Program-made: the position numbers and the translations under genes
Assembly: GCA_036172245.1 (NCBI GenBank)
Contig: JAYWIR010000015.1
Span: forward strand, 186,001-250,000
Length of the DNA: 64,000 nt
Source of the DNA: Raillietiella orientalis
Taxonomy: Eukaryota
Direction of reading: 5' to 3'
Notes under the pieces: model-generated
Databases searched by the model: none
Seen by the model: the letters and a program-made list of their open reading frames with translations, nothing else
Told to the model about the DNA's origin: nothing
Shown: positions 1-12,560 of the stretch, piece after piece
How the letters are laid out: every line of letters starts with the position of its first letter
How positions within the stretch are numbered: the stretch's first letter is position 1

Positions 1-859
1 CAGGCCGTGATATCATCTGTGAAATGTGAAAACGCTCTTGTTTACACGTATCAAAAACATCGCTTGAAATTAAGAAACTCAGAGATCACTGATACCATCC
101 GAAGAGCATTTCGGAAATTCTCCAGTAGCTGCAAACTTTCCCAGGGATTTACATTTGCAAGACGGTTGCACGTAAAAATTGATAAACGGTAAAAAAATGC
201 TGTATTTGTAGCGTTTGTTCAGAGAAGGAAAGAAACAGAACAGAGGATTCTGCGTGTAACCGACTCAAAAGTTCGTCACGCTTACAGGCTGATGGCTGCA
301 AAGGAAGTGAGCTGATTTTTCGTTTCGCTCAAAGTGCAACTAGAGCTTCTACGAGAGTCCAAAGCTAAGGAAGCATTCTACGATTCCATTTTCGACATTC
401 TTCCAGCCTATAACATTTGACCTTTGAACAGTCTTCGCATAAAACCCCACATATCTTCTATCTCCTGTGGTCACAACACAGTGGTGACGTTGGATCAGAA
501 AGACAAAATGGGGTCTAATAAAAAAAAAAAAAAAATACGTTGCATCTATTCGTGAATATTTTCACAAGTCAGAGAACCAAAATTTGCATATCCACAGTCT
601 TGACAAGCCAAAAACGGAAATACTTGAGGTGATTTCTCTGTAGACTTGAATCATCTCTTTGATGCGTTCGAGGCTTGCTTCTCAAGTGCGAAGAACGTCC
701 AAGTTCAAAGGAGGAATGTATGTCTTTATATGATTATAAAAAAAAATACATAACATTACACAATGCACAATAATTAAGACCTGCGAGTCCTACATTTCTT
801 TTCCAGGAAGGAAGAGGACACATGTAAACGAGTAAGTAAAATGTAATGAAGGAAGGTTA

Positions 860-2990
860 CACACAACGAAGGCCAGTAGAGTGAATCCATAGTTTAGAAT
901 AGCAACTGTGATTGTACCACGAGTGTTGAACGGATTGGTGCTCTGAGTGTAGGGTGGACTTTCCGTGTTCTCTCTTCGTATATTAGAATGTGCATATTTA
1001 GTAGATGCTTGGATCCATGATTCTAATAACTTCCTAGTGCCTTGATCATTACTGTTATCGGAATCTAAAGTTTCTATCGGAATTACTGAAGAATGTGTTG
1101 CGAGAAATTATATACTTCCGGTTCGAATGCCATCATGCACCATCGGAGGAATGTTCCAGGAGCGCCTCGAGTTCTGAACCAATCACTTCATAAGCATTTT
1201 CAATCTCGAACACCCGGAATTGTCGCTGGAAGCAATCGATGGAGGAACCTGGTCAAACAGTGGGCCGCTCGTGACAGCGGCCACCCCTCTGTGTGCTTAC
1301 CACACCAAGTCGTGCATTTATGAGGACGCTTCTCCAGTAAACAGGGCCACACAGTTTTGAGGTCAAGAACGTAAATTCCTGTGGACGGACCCAGGATATC
1401 GGCTCCAACCCGCAGCGGTGAATCCATTCAACAAATCCTCCGCCTCCTACTCCTGGACGCCCATCGTGAGCCGGCTCCTCAATAACGGGCAAAGCTGCAC
1501 TGACAAAGGGGATGGTGGGAGACATGGAAAATACCCCCCTTACATTGTCCCAAACATTCTAGAAAGAGATCAGTCCATTGCTGGTTAAAAGTAATGCACT
1601 CGATGTTGAAATAGGAAAAGAATTCTTCAACTAATTGTCTATTACCATTATAAAGTGAAAAGAGATGGAATATGGGTCGAACGTTTGAGTGGAAATTCGG
1701 TTCCGAATTCCACCTACTTAGCATCGTGGCAGGACCGAGCGAACCATTTTTGCCCATGCATCCCTAGTGCCTATGGGACTTTCTTCGCTGGCCATCTGGA
1801 CCGGGTAGATTTTTTTTATAAAGGTCATCAGTAAATCTCCGGAAAAATGGATCTCCAAAAGATGTAACCTCGGTCGTGTGCAGTACTTCCTCGTCTTACA
1901 CCGGCAATGTCAGCCTCACGTGTACCATCCAAACAAGCAGGCTTCCAGGAATCCGGACAATGCGACCATTGCAGATGCCGTGCTGGTCTTCGAGTTGCAA
2001 TTTGCACAAGTTCTAACTGAGTTTTTTTTTTTTTACAAAACCAGATGGCTTATTAGAGGATCTCGGATTATCTAATGTGTGAAAAATAGGCAACTGACAG
2101 TTAGGTGGCATGTCTTTCGAGCACACCACTTGCAGCCAGAAGGCTCTCATCAGCATACGCACCATCTCGAGTTTCATATTCGTTGTTTTCATCTTTTATC
2201 CTTGATTCCCAACAAATTTCCTCAAGATGTCTTCTTTAAAGCAACGTCCCGTCATAATGGTGAAGTTCCTTTTCGAATAGTTTCTTTTTCTTCTTTCCCC
2301 AGAAATCCCAGAAAAAACTGGACGTCACTTGACAAAAAAAAGCGCATTTTTGTTGATCTTCCTGATTCTGGGGAAGGAGGAATCCTTCTGTTGCACAGGT
2401 CACACCGTTTAAGGTGTCTATGGACCGAGCGGGCCATTGTCCCTCACGAAGACGAGTCCACTCCGTGATTTTCCCATTGGTCGCCATGAGCTTCCGCCTT
2501 CACCCCCACAATGCCTGCTTAAGACGTGGTACTATTTTGACGATGCCCGAAATTTGCTCTTTCTCCTCCGTCGCGCAGTATCTCGGACAATCAGCTTCGG
2601 GCTTGGCAGGTCGGTGTCAGGTCTTCTTTGCAAAAAAAGAAATGGAAGTCCCAGTTTTTTAGCACGTTGTTCACTCTCCGAGAGCTCGGTTTTCGTCGTG
2701 TTCCTCACTTACAACCGCTCACCGACTCCTTCAGCAGGAAGACACGGCTGAAATTTGGCCTCATTGTGGATCAAGCATCCGTAAGAAATCGCGGCTGAAA
2801 ATAGAAATTCCTTTGGGATCTTCTGCTTTCTCTGCCTTCTTCCAGCTTTTTTTTGGGTAGGGGGGGGAGTAGAGGGGGCCTCTATTTCTTGCTTCGCTAA
2901 GCACTCCAGGAACGTTGGCCTTCCTACGGAGGACTCACAAGACTCTTCAACTCTGTCCACACCATCCGAGGGTGCGTGTAACTCTTCAAG
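860..2990 (-). pseudogene. Decayed Maverick/Polinton-type protein-primed DNA polymerase B (core and C-terminal part)
   Basis: Minus-strand fragments in the expected order across frameshifts: HRHLKRC..RIPP..KMRF then FFWDFWG (cf. H..C...P...F / DFE); IIRDP...RTCANCN (endonuclease VII-like VRDH...CN); KGVFS...LPVIEE (cf. KGVFPYEY...LP); FVEWIHRCGLEPISWVRPQEF (cf. YGLDP); STQRGG (RGG motif); MAFEPE; TRKLL...KYAH. Matched by eye. Confidence 0.6.
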
Positions 2991-2996
2991 ATAGAG

Positions 2997-4154
2997 TTTG
3001 TCGCCCGGTCACGCCGGGGAGTTTATTATAAAAAATAAGAAACATACATGTGTAGGGCTGTCGGCCCCACAACATCCCCAAATATACCGAACCTGCCGAG
3101 TAACCAGCACGCAGACAGGCGGGGTTCGCCTCGGCAGCGGAGGGAAAGGGGGCAAACAAAAATAAAAATCAATAAAAAAAACTCTGACGAGCACAGGAAG
3201 GCACTGTCCACTTCATGAGGAGCACTGTCCACTGGAAGGCGTCCTCTGCATCCTTTCCAGGATGCTGGCAAGTTCCATCCGAGTATGCCCCTGGTGGGGC
3301 CATCTTGCGGCCGTCCTCATGAAGAGCAGGGCGAAGCCGATGGCGTCCCTGTCGCGCCGTTCTCCTCTCGCCGCAATCCCGCGTAGGCAGCAGCATAAGA
3401 CCTGCTGGGAATGCGGCAGGCGAAAAGGCGTCGCTCACGAAGAGGCGCTTCGTCACTTCGCTGGGATCTTCCGTCGGTGCACCAAGGGCAGTGGCGTAAA
3501 TCAACCACAAGGGTCGGAGGGCAACACAGTCTACGAGCGGGTGCGGGTGCTAGGATACTCGTTCCCCGCAGCTGCAACAGTTGGGGTCCACAGCCACCCG
3601 GGTCCAGTGAGAGCGACTCACGTTACACGATAGACCCCAGCGCAACAGCAGAAGTGCCGACTGCCACTTCGGGGGGAGGGCTTGGTTGTTCTTCAGAGCT
3701 AGGGGCCACTCGAAGTCTTCCTGTGGGAATCCCAGCAGCTCAACCCAGCCGAATAGTCTTTTCGGTGGGGCAGTTGGGGTCGCAGCGTCCGTGATCTGGC
3801 CCGTGGTCCAACCACCTAATCTCTTCGCTCTTCCACCAACCTCACATCGGGCCTTCCTTCTGATCGGCTAGTTAATATGCCCAAGTGCTCCCTGAGGGAG
3901 GGCAGTACCGCGGCTAGGGAGGTTCTTTGCGTCCACGCACAGGTGGTGAACTGCATGATAACGTTCTGCAGCGAGCGGTTGTTGTAGAAGGAGGGCAGCA
4001 GTCGCTTCCGCATCTCCGGGCTCGCTCCGTTGTTTTTGGCCCACGTGCGAACGGTTTCCTGCAACCGGGCACTACCCTTCGAGGGCCGGCAGAAGATCCA
4101 GTTTTTGGTGCTGGTCAGTTTGACCACCTGCCGGAGCTCCAGTCCGCTTGAAGT
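2997..4154 (-). mobile_element. 5'-truncated L1/Tx1-like LINE 3' end (zf-RVT region and 3' UTR) inserted with a 5-bp TSD
   Basis: Minus translation WQSALLLLRWGLSCNVSRSHWTRVAVDPNCCSCGERVS*HPHPLVDCVALRPLW resembles the L1 ORF2 CCHC finger. The 3' end reads AATAAACTCCCCGGCGTGACCGGGCGACAAA. TAGAG is duplicated at 2992-2996 and 4155-4159, and the host sequence rejoins when compared with the uninterrupted copies near 52490 and 63355. Confidence 0.7.
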
Positions 4155-4700
4155 TAGAGGGTAACCCAGGAGGGACCACCCTATGAGTCCAGGAAGGTTC
4201 CGAGGATGGAGTCCGTTCCTTTTACTCTTGGGAGGAAACCCTGAAGGGAACCCTCGTCCTGGTTGTCTCCGAGGGGAACTCCCGTAGGAGGTCAGTCTTC
4301 GTTTCTTCTCCGGAGGGAACGGAACTCGCAAGGGAACCGTGTCCTCTAGGAAAAAGAACCCCGAAGGGACGCTTCCCAATTTCTCTGAAGGGCGCTTTCC
4401 GAAGAGGGTTGAGCGCTTCCTGATACTCGGGAGAGACAATCCCCTGAAGGGGGTACAGCTTCATTTTCACATCCAGAGGGGAACCCTGAAGGAAACCGAC
4501 TCTCCTTGATTCCTGAGAGGACCCTGGAGGGTCTATCCTAGTTAGTCAACAGGGGCATCCGGCTTCCACTAGCGCCACACCCGAAGCCTGCGGGAAGGAC
4601 TCGATACCCGCTTCGTGTCCATTTCTCGGCGTCGATCCTCCACGTGGAGGTTCGAACGCGCGGCGCTCGATGCTACGCGCGAAGGCCCTCTAACGCGGGT
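4155..4700 (-). repeat. Family-X repeat, copy 1 (continues at about 2890-2996 beyond the L1 insertion)
   Basis: The reverse complement aligns by eye with 51802-52530 and 62745-63460. A 24-bp block CCACGTGGAGGATCGACGCCGAGA is identical at 4624-4647 (reverse complement) and 62810-62833. Confidence 0.85.
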
Positions 4701-6359
4701 GGAAACCTTCAGGCTTCCCGCTACCATCAGGAAGCCAAAGTCTTCCAGATCTTGAGAACGCTTCTACAACACCTCTAAAACACTCGTCTCTTCTAAGCCT
4801 CTGAGGCGCCTTCAAGTTTGCTGTGAGTTTCTCCCCATTCCTTCTGGCAATTAGGAGATTCTAGCATGAGCGGCTTAAGCTCGACTTACAAATTACGTTG
4901 CCACGTTGAGAGTTTCCGTGGAGAGGGTTCTTTCCGAGGGTTGAGTTTCGAAGGAGCGAGCGCTCCTTCCCAGTAACGCTGGGTCTGTTCACTCTTCGAA
5001 AATGCCGCACGCTACATTCAGAGAGACTCTTTTCGGTCCATCTCTGAGCTTGACCTTGTGGTCATCAGGCGTGTCTTGCCAGCTGTGAAAACTGTGGACA
5101 ATCACCTCCGGCATTCCGCTTGCTCTTCTCAAGGACTTCTCTGGTGATGGTTCATCAGAGGAAAAGTCCCTGTTGAGAGAAAAAGTCTTATTTTGCCGGT
5201 TGCCAGCTGTCGTTCCTTGCTCATAGGGCCAAGAGTGCTACAGCGAAGAGTGCGAAGGATGCTCGGACCTAGTTTTTCCTATCCTGTACCAACACTTTAA
5301 GAGCGATTATTGCTAGATGGCGAACGGGACGTGGATCCTCTGAGCCGGTGCCACGTATCCGTATCCAAGCATTCAAGCGTTCCTGCGGCTGTGCGCTGCA
5401 ATTGGTGGGCGTGCAGAAAATCCAGGGATTCCCCTTCAGCAGGGAGGCTGGGACTCAGAAGGCAGACGCGTTGCCGCATCATCCGTCACTCACCCTTCCT
5501 GAATGGAGCTGCGGTCCCTCCGAGTCTTGAGCGTTTGAAAAATCGCACCGTAAGGCGTTCTGGATCCTCGCGCGGCGCATCTGCCGAGCAGCCGCCACAG
5601 ACAGTTCCACGTCCGCTTTCCAGAAAAGCCTTACGGCGGAGTCCTGAAACCAGCCGTGGTGGATGCGAGTTCTAAAATCCGGCTTCGCTTTCTCACCAAA
5701 TCTCGAGCAGCCACAGCTCTCCATTTGTCGAACCCCTTGCTAAGGTGCTGAAAACTCTTGCGTTTCTTCTTGATCTCCAAACTCCTCCCTTCGTCATAGA
5801 GAGAGGGAAAAAAAAATCGCAGCTCCCGGAAAACCTATGCAGCTGGATTCAATGGATGGCTCCTTAATGGAGATTTCTGGATCACGCTGGAAGTAGCTTA
5901 CTCACGCTTAGCCGCTTCCAATCGTTTCTTTTGAGAGAACGGCAGCCAACAAAGGGATGCAGCTACCATGGCGTGAGGACAGCACTCTTACATTTCGAAG
6001 CACAGGAAGGAAAAAAAAGGTCCTGTTTTGCGTGCTCCGAGATATGGAAATCAATATCCGGATCCTGGAATTTGCCCACTTCAATTACATTGACAAAGAA
6101 AGGGAGTGAATGGCCGTTTCCACATGCTCACTGTGACTTGCACGCGTCAATTGGAGTCGCACAATCTCTTCAGCAGCATTTCCATCTCATCGAGTGGATG
6201 GAAACGAACGTGGAAAGCCGACGGAAAGATGTAGTGGCGCTCAAAAATTCATTTCAAACTTCTCATAGCATTCGTCTCTTCCGATCTTTAGGATGAGGCA
6301 TGCATCGGCGTGGGATGCAGGAATTGTCCAAGATACACTGGCTTGCTCAGGCATAGCAA

Positions 6360-6360
<1 letters not shown>

Positions 6361-6436
<76 letters not shown>
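6361..6436. repeat. Compound microsatellite (AC)22(AT)16
   Basis: Read directly from the sequence. Confidence 0.97.
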
Positions 6437-6440
<4 letters not shown>

Positions 6441-7859
6441 ATAGAAAAAATGAAATCTATCCCCGTCTCTATTTTGCTCATCTCTCTTCGTTCGTTCTCA
6501 TTTACGAAAAGCTTGATGGCCAAAAGTTTGAATGCCCTGCATTGCATTCCCGTTGATTTATGGCAGAGAGGGACTGCTGTCCACGTTCGTTCTGAGAACA
6601 GAATTGGTTCTCTTCCAAAAAAAGAAACAAAAAATTGAAATCGTCTCCAGGAAGAAAATGGTTTGTTTACCGGAAGCATTTATAGTGCATGCTACGTTGG
6701 ATGCCCATCTCCATGTCTTATATATACGATCTCACTGTGAAGTCTTTTCCCATCAGTTTTCCAAAACACTCCTGATTTTTTTTTTTTTTGGCCTCAATGT
6801 TATCGTGATGTCTTCTGCCTTCCAAGATATAAGGCGAATGAATGAAAGGACGATGAAGACTCCGTGTATTTTTCACTTATGCTTATGCCAAACGAGGCCC
6901 GTTTGCCGCGCAAGACATGACTGTCCCTGAAGGAAGAACTCGAGACTCTGGTACGAATGGTGGGCAAGGGAAGGCGGAGGGGGGTTTGGTGGCGAAATTG
7001 TTTATTTCAGGATTCAGGAGTGGAACCCAGGGATTTTCGAACGTGTTTGAGGGAGTCCATAAAGGCATGAAACAGGAGGACTGAAATGCGAGATCTGCAA
7101 ACTGCGAATCGCCTGCCGCTTAAGGACATAGAGCCGATAGAGTAGAGTGAAGGATGCTGGACAATAAGGGGTAAATTGACGGATGAAAATGTGATATGCA
7201 GCGAGACGAAAGAGAAACGTCAGTAGCATTTCATTCCTGCTCCTACTCATTTCCGCTGAGTAGCAGAATAACTGGGGTGAAAGTTTCGAGGGCCACAGCT
7301 TCAGTAGCTGCAAGACACGAGCATTTCAGCTTCTGTTACAGAGGGTTTTTTCTACGAATCAGGCATCAGCTGTAAGATTAATTCACTGATACTACTACTA
7401 ATATCCGGCAGTCATGAAATCATCTGCCTAGAATGCATGAAAGTAAGCCAAATAAACCTGTGTCATCCGTTTGTTTCATAGGTCTGTGAACCTCGCCAGA
7501 CCGCGAGCGGTTGGTTCCAGTTATTTCATAAATCTTCCTTCAAATATGCAAAAACAAGAAAAAAAAATAGAGAGAGACAACAACGAGAGTCTGTCATCGT
7601 TTTTTTTTTTTTTTTAGAACACCAAAAATCACAAACAAATAAATAGTAGGTTTCTGCGACGGACCTTCTTAACGAGGCAAATGAAACTTATAGATAGGGA
7701 CAATCAGAATTCCTTACCAGCCCAGTGAAAGTTTAATATTGCTTACCAATGCTCTTCTGAAGCTGAAAACAAAACTGCGAAGAAAACATTCCTTCGTATA
7801 TGTATATACTGAGCTACACCCTTTCCCACTGATCTCTTAGGGTGCACAAATTACCGATA

Positions 7860-10330
7860 CTGTCACGATGGTCCTTAAATCAGTGCCATCAGATTTAGTT
7901 GCCTATGGTGCTATCAGGCGCTGCAGCTGTTCTGCAGCGACCGTTCGTCATTGGTGGGACTTCCATTTTAGTGTTACTGAAAGTGGATCCCCAGTCAGCA
8001 TCGGCAGAAGAGTTTCAGCTAATCATCATCAGTATCGGCGCCGCAGCTTGAAACTCAGGTCGTACCAGCTGGACAGCAGTTCATTGTTCTCCAGTCCACC
8101 AGCCCGCAGGGTCCTGGGCAGGACTCTTTTCCGAGAGAGCAGCCGATCGGATGCTTGAACGCAGGGAGTTACGGCGTCCCGTGAGCAGCAGCCCTCTTCT
8201 TTATGCGAGGAACATTTCCGATGGGCAGAAATTAGTGCAGCTTGATGTGCCAGGGGGACGGTTCGATACCACGTCGGAGATCGAACTTTCTCGCGGGGCA
8301 GGTCCGATTACGCAAGTAGCGGGCCTATCTCTGGGAAATATCCCAACCGTTACTGATCCGATTCGCGTCTGGCGTGCTTGCAGCTGATTATGAACAGCGT
8401 TTTTGCAAAGTTTTCCTCCTCCTCTTCTGTCGCCTTTTTTTTTTTTTTTTTTTTTCTTGTTCTTTTCACTCCGTTTTTCACGATTATGGAGATGCGGAAC
8501 ATGCAAGCGTCACATTTATACGTATCGATCCATCTAGCAGCGCGCCATCTACGAAACCAATCCGCCGTCCATGGAGTGCAAGTTTCCTGAGAGGCTGCTC
8601 GTAGGGAAGGGATGCTGGAACGGAGGAGCATTTAATTTTTATAATCAGGTAAGAGGACGGGATAACGTGAGCGTTCTTGGTTTCATCCCGAGCTCTCGAA
8701 TCTCTGCCAATCGGATTCGTTCGCTCTTGAAGAGGAAGATCTGGAACCCAACGCCGGCACGGAACAGGGAAGGCTGGCCTCCGGGTTCTTTCAAAAGAAG
8801 TTCGACTAGCAGCAAGGACGCTGCAGATAGCGCCCGGGGGGTTAGGTTTGCAGCGAGAACACGGAGCAAAAGCGTACTTCTTGGTGAAAGTTCACAGTTC
8901 TCGTAGTTGCCTAGGTGAAAGTTCTAGGGAACTCTGCTCCTCGTGATGGTGATCCACATGCCTTGAGTCCGCCTTCTAATAGGAGATTCCGGAGTCACTG
9001 CCGATGAAAATTGAAACGAATGCTTCATTTTTTTGTTTCGAGCCTGCACTTTTTTCTGTCGACACATTTCCAGTTATTTTCTTCCGAGATACATCTAATT
9101 ACATCTGTCAGAACGCGCTTCGTTCTGTTTAGAAATGGTTGGTGCAAGAAAGATAAGCGGATTCTGCTCTTTACCTGTGCACCTTGCCACATGAAATTTT
9201 AATCCTTTCCGACTGAGTTATTGAAACATGTACCATTCAGATGTGATAGCCAAGGAATGCACAGGAAGGTTGCGTAGTATCCGCCATTCATTGCTGCAGC
9301 TGATGCATTGAGACATTAGCAAGCGAGTCTTTCTTTCGGTGTTCCTGATAACATTCACATCTTGATTTGAATTATCAGGGTGACAGCAATCGTCTTTTAA
9401 AAAACTCAATTCGTCTTCTCACCAAAGTACAAAAGAAAACAAAAAAAACTAGCAAAGGCTACTGAATGTTGCGCAAATAATAGTGGGCTACCGGTTTTTC
9501 AAGAATTCTTCTTGTCTCCGGAAACAACCAGTTCTGCATTCTTCATGAATTCGAATTCTCGCTTGCAGCTCATCGACCTATTCTGCGCACATCCATCCGT
9601 TTGAAGAATAATTGATTTGCTACTCATTAGAGTGATATGCACCTTTATTTATGTATTTAACAAAATAGATTAGACAGATCGTTTGACCAGAATACCACTA
9701 TACCTATTAGGTTTCGGAGCACTGTTTTCCACGAACTTCTTGATTTGTCTGCAGTAATTATGGAAGTGTGCTGGAGAATGTTCAGGAAAATAATTCTTAT
9801 GCATGCAAGTCTGTGGATGAGTCTGCACGAAACAGGCACTATAAATATTCTGTCCCAGATCATCGCTCTTAGTCCCGTCCGATTTGCAATACCTACTTTA
9901 TTGGATTAGAACTTAATTACTACGCAACGCAGAGGTCATTGTGTAAATGATCTGAAGTTGCGTCCTGGAGCAAGTTCCACATTCCTGTTGACAGACACTG
10001 CTTTTCCTTCCCGCCTTATATAAGGTTCATGAAAACACATATGTCTCCAGAAGGAGTGGAAGAAACATCACACGGTAGAGGAGACAGGAAAATGCTTTCA
10101 TCCATGACTGGAACGCCTGGTGAACAAAGATGCGCGGTCTCTAAATCGATGCGTCTACAGCATGGAGTTTCCATGGCGGCATGTAAAACGGCAACCGGCA
10201 AAAATGCCCGCAACCGGATCACAAAAATTTCTCGTGCGTTCTGACCGACAACACGCGCAACCTTTTCGCTTCGAGGTGAGTCTTGCAGTGCTGTCTCGAC
10301 GACGCTCTTTTTGACAGACTGTTTTCTTCT
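7860..10330 (+). mobile_element. Decayed CRE-like (restriction-like endonuclease) non-LTR retrotransposon, interrupted at about 9000-9700
   Basis: Ordered remnants: VAYGAIRR (RPIAVG..RR), QLDSSSLFSS (LD..NAFNS), SSSPLLYA (GPLLF), CQGDGSI (YLDDG), APGGLGLQR..AYFL (GGLG thumb), HASLW, DRH, GRGDRKMLSSMTGTPG (DGKRPDGMT..PW), QKFL...QPFRFEV (KY...P..FE). Confidence 0.5.
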
Positions 10331-10449
10331 AATGTTGCCTTAGAGTTCTCTTGTAAAGCCAGAATAACAAATGTGTGAAATAACGCTAACCTGGAGCCAT
10401 CCGTACAGAGAGAGAGAGAGAGTGGAAAAAAAACATTCTTAGAAATAAG

Positions 10450-11240
10450 GAGGATTCTTATTGTGCGGGTAATGGGGCCACTAGTGGTACTAAGTGCCTT
10501 TATGATGGAATGTTCCGTCGCTCCAAAGATACTACACTTGGACGGAGGAGAATATCAGCAGGTCACAAGGCGAAAGATTCTTTTGGATTCACAACTGTTG
10601 TGAAATACAATACAACTTCCTGATAAGAACGCTTAGCACTCGGTTCTGTCTGAAATTCAGGTAGGACAGCAGCCACGTGCACATTAAACCCTTCCTTCTG
10701 CTTTCATCACGGATTGAGTGCTCACTCTGTTTTCGATTCTCAGCTGTGCTGAATTTCGCTTCCCAGTTTGGTTTTGAGCTGAACTGGTACTTTCGGTGTA
10801 TCGTGCTCATGCTACTGCGCCAAAATAACATGGAAGAGATCTGATTTGCCGTGGTCTCAAAATCACATGGCAATTCTTCTTTGTGTGTGTTTTATGTGAT
10901 TCTTTCAGTCCTCTTACTTACCTGCTTGTTTGGAGATAAATTTCCTTCCCATTTCGGCTACTTTACCACTCCCAGGTTTCTCTGCATGCTACGCAGCGAT
11001 GCGTCGTTCCAGAGATGGAATGAAAACGCAAATACTTTAGAATTTCGAGTATCTTTCAAGGCAACTTTGGCTAGAATGAGAGATGGATGATGTTTCCGAC
11101 TCTTCTGACTTCCGAACTGAATGAAAAGAACATTCGCTTCGGAACGTTTCTCAGAGGAATACGTGAATGTCACCTTGGATACTTCTCCAGCTAAATACCC
11201 AGCCTGCGGTGTCAGGTATCAAGTATCAATACCATTCTTC
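10450..11240 (-). pseudogene. Decayed Maverick-type retroviral integrase, copy A
   Basis: YLTPQAGYLAGEVSKV..SQKSRKHH (N-terminal YY.P..sfgg..kL..Q..Hkp), SKVFAFSFHLWNDASLRSMQ (WQADL.DMQ), KFSTAENRK, WLLSYLN..VLSVL..NLSPCDL. Confidence 0.5.
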
Positions 11241-11249
11241 CTGAAGGTT

Positions 11250-11560
11250 TACTTTCCCAAAGACTTCCTGAACGCTTGGAACCATGCAGGCTCATTCGCC
11301 GTGTCTTCGTTTTGGTCTTCGCCAAATGTCGAAACTTCCATCCTTGCAAATTCAAACGTTCTAGGAACGTGTTACCTGGGAAGTGGATAGCCTCCTACAG
11401 TATTGCACTTTGACGTCAGTCTACTCCGCCATCTATCGATGCTGATTTAGCCAGGAACGACCCTGGATGTCAGCAACTTTCTGTACACTGCTTGCTGGGC
11501 TGCTTTGCAGTTCGCATCAGATTCCGAAGTTGCATTTTACTGCACATCTGCTCACTTTTT
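11250..11560 (-). pseudogene. Possible remnant of the conserved uncharacterised Maverick ORF that precedes the integrase
   Basis: RW...VGGYPLPR*HV...NEPAWFQAFRKSL resembles the W..g..ipgs.i...P.G...F...L pattern and lies directly upstream of integrase A. Confidence 0.3.
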
Positions 11561-11769
11561 TCTGAACATGGTCAAGCGGAAGGTTTCTATGGTTTTTCTA
11601 TCGCTTGCTTTTTTTCCCTGATGCTCATACCTTAGGACTCATTGAAGAGTCACCTTTTAATCAGGAAGGATATTTATAATCGCTTAAAGTGAGTGGTTAT
11701 CGTTGTCAAGCAGCAGAATGACACCACGATCAGTCTGTATTTGTATGTTGTTTTCATGAAAGGCCTCAT

Positions 11770-12560
11770 TAACTGTCTCCATTCTGCTTTATTCGGGTTT
11801 GGAGTCGCAGGCATCATGAGGCTCTTCGATTTCAAGTCTCAGCATTTGGAGCTCGTTTGACCTCTTTGTCTTTCAAACCGGATCGAGAAAAACGCCCCTC
11901 GATTTTTTCTTAACTGGTCTCGAAACTCCTGGAAGATCTCGCGACGGATTCGAAAAATCGCTGTATTCTTAACTGGCTCCCCTATAATCGCTTTCAAAAT
12001 ATTACGAGTCTACTAATCGTAAAATGCAGAAGATCCACCTACAGCCCTCACTGGCCATTGAGAATCACCGGCTTCCCAGGTATGAAGCCTTTTCTCCCAG
12101 CCCTGAACCGCATCTTTGGATGGAAAAATAAAAACAAAAGTTCTTGAAGAATCTTATTTCAAAAGTCCTTTCATGGAGATAGAAAATGAATGAAAATGGA
12201 GATTATCCCATTTTCATTATCGGGAATCTAACTTGCCTTCCTTCTCCGGACTTACTACTGAAGGAGGCACAAGACATTCAGCATCTTCAGTCTTTTATGG
12301 TTTTTGTTTACATTCGGGAGACGGCATGCAACGCACCGACGTCTGTTGCACTTATATGCGCTCAGCTAAGCAAACAATAACTCCAGATGAAAATGTTTCC
12401 TTAAGCACATGCTGGAAGCTTCATCTCTTCGACAAAGCCATCAGCAGTTCACGCTACTGCTCACTGGTCGATTAGCAGTTTCCGACTGAATTCGTTCCGT
12501 AACCGTTCAAAATCGGAACCCGCTTCAGGCCTCCGAACGAGACTCTTGTCTCTCTCAATC
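11770..12560 (+). pseudogene. Decayed Maverick packaging ATPase (A32/FtsK-HerA type)
   Basis: PFCFI (degenerate Walker A region), NWLPYNRFQ, SPDLLLKEA (DDLM.E), TSVALICAQL..QMK (SVI.I.QNL), LFDKAISSS..LVD*QFP (LFKNPRD..QI..L..Q.FP). Confidence 0.45.

Noticed and set aside
1093..1323. C2H2-like ORF MCCEKLYTSGSNAIMHH on the plus strand
   Set aside because: It is antisense to the PolB remnant and has non-canonical spacing, so it is probably chance.
1479..1757. YNGNRQLVEEF...KGG read as a CRESS-virus SF3 helicase
   Set aside because: There is no Walker A motif, and the flanking motifs fit Maverick PolB in collinear order better.
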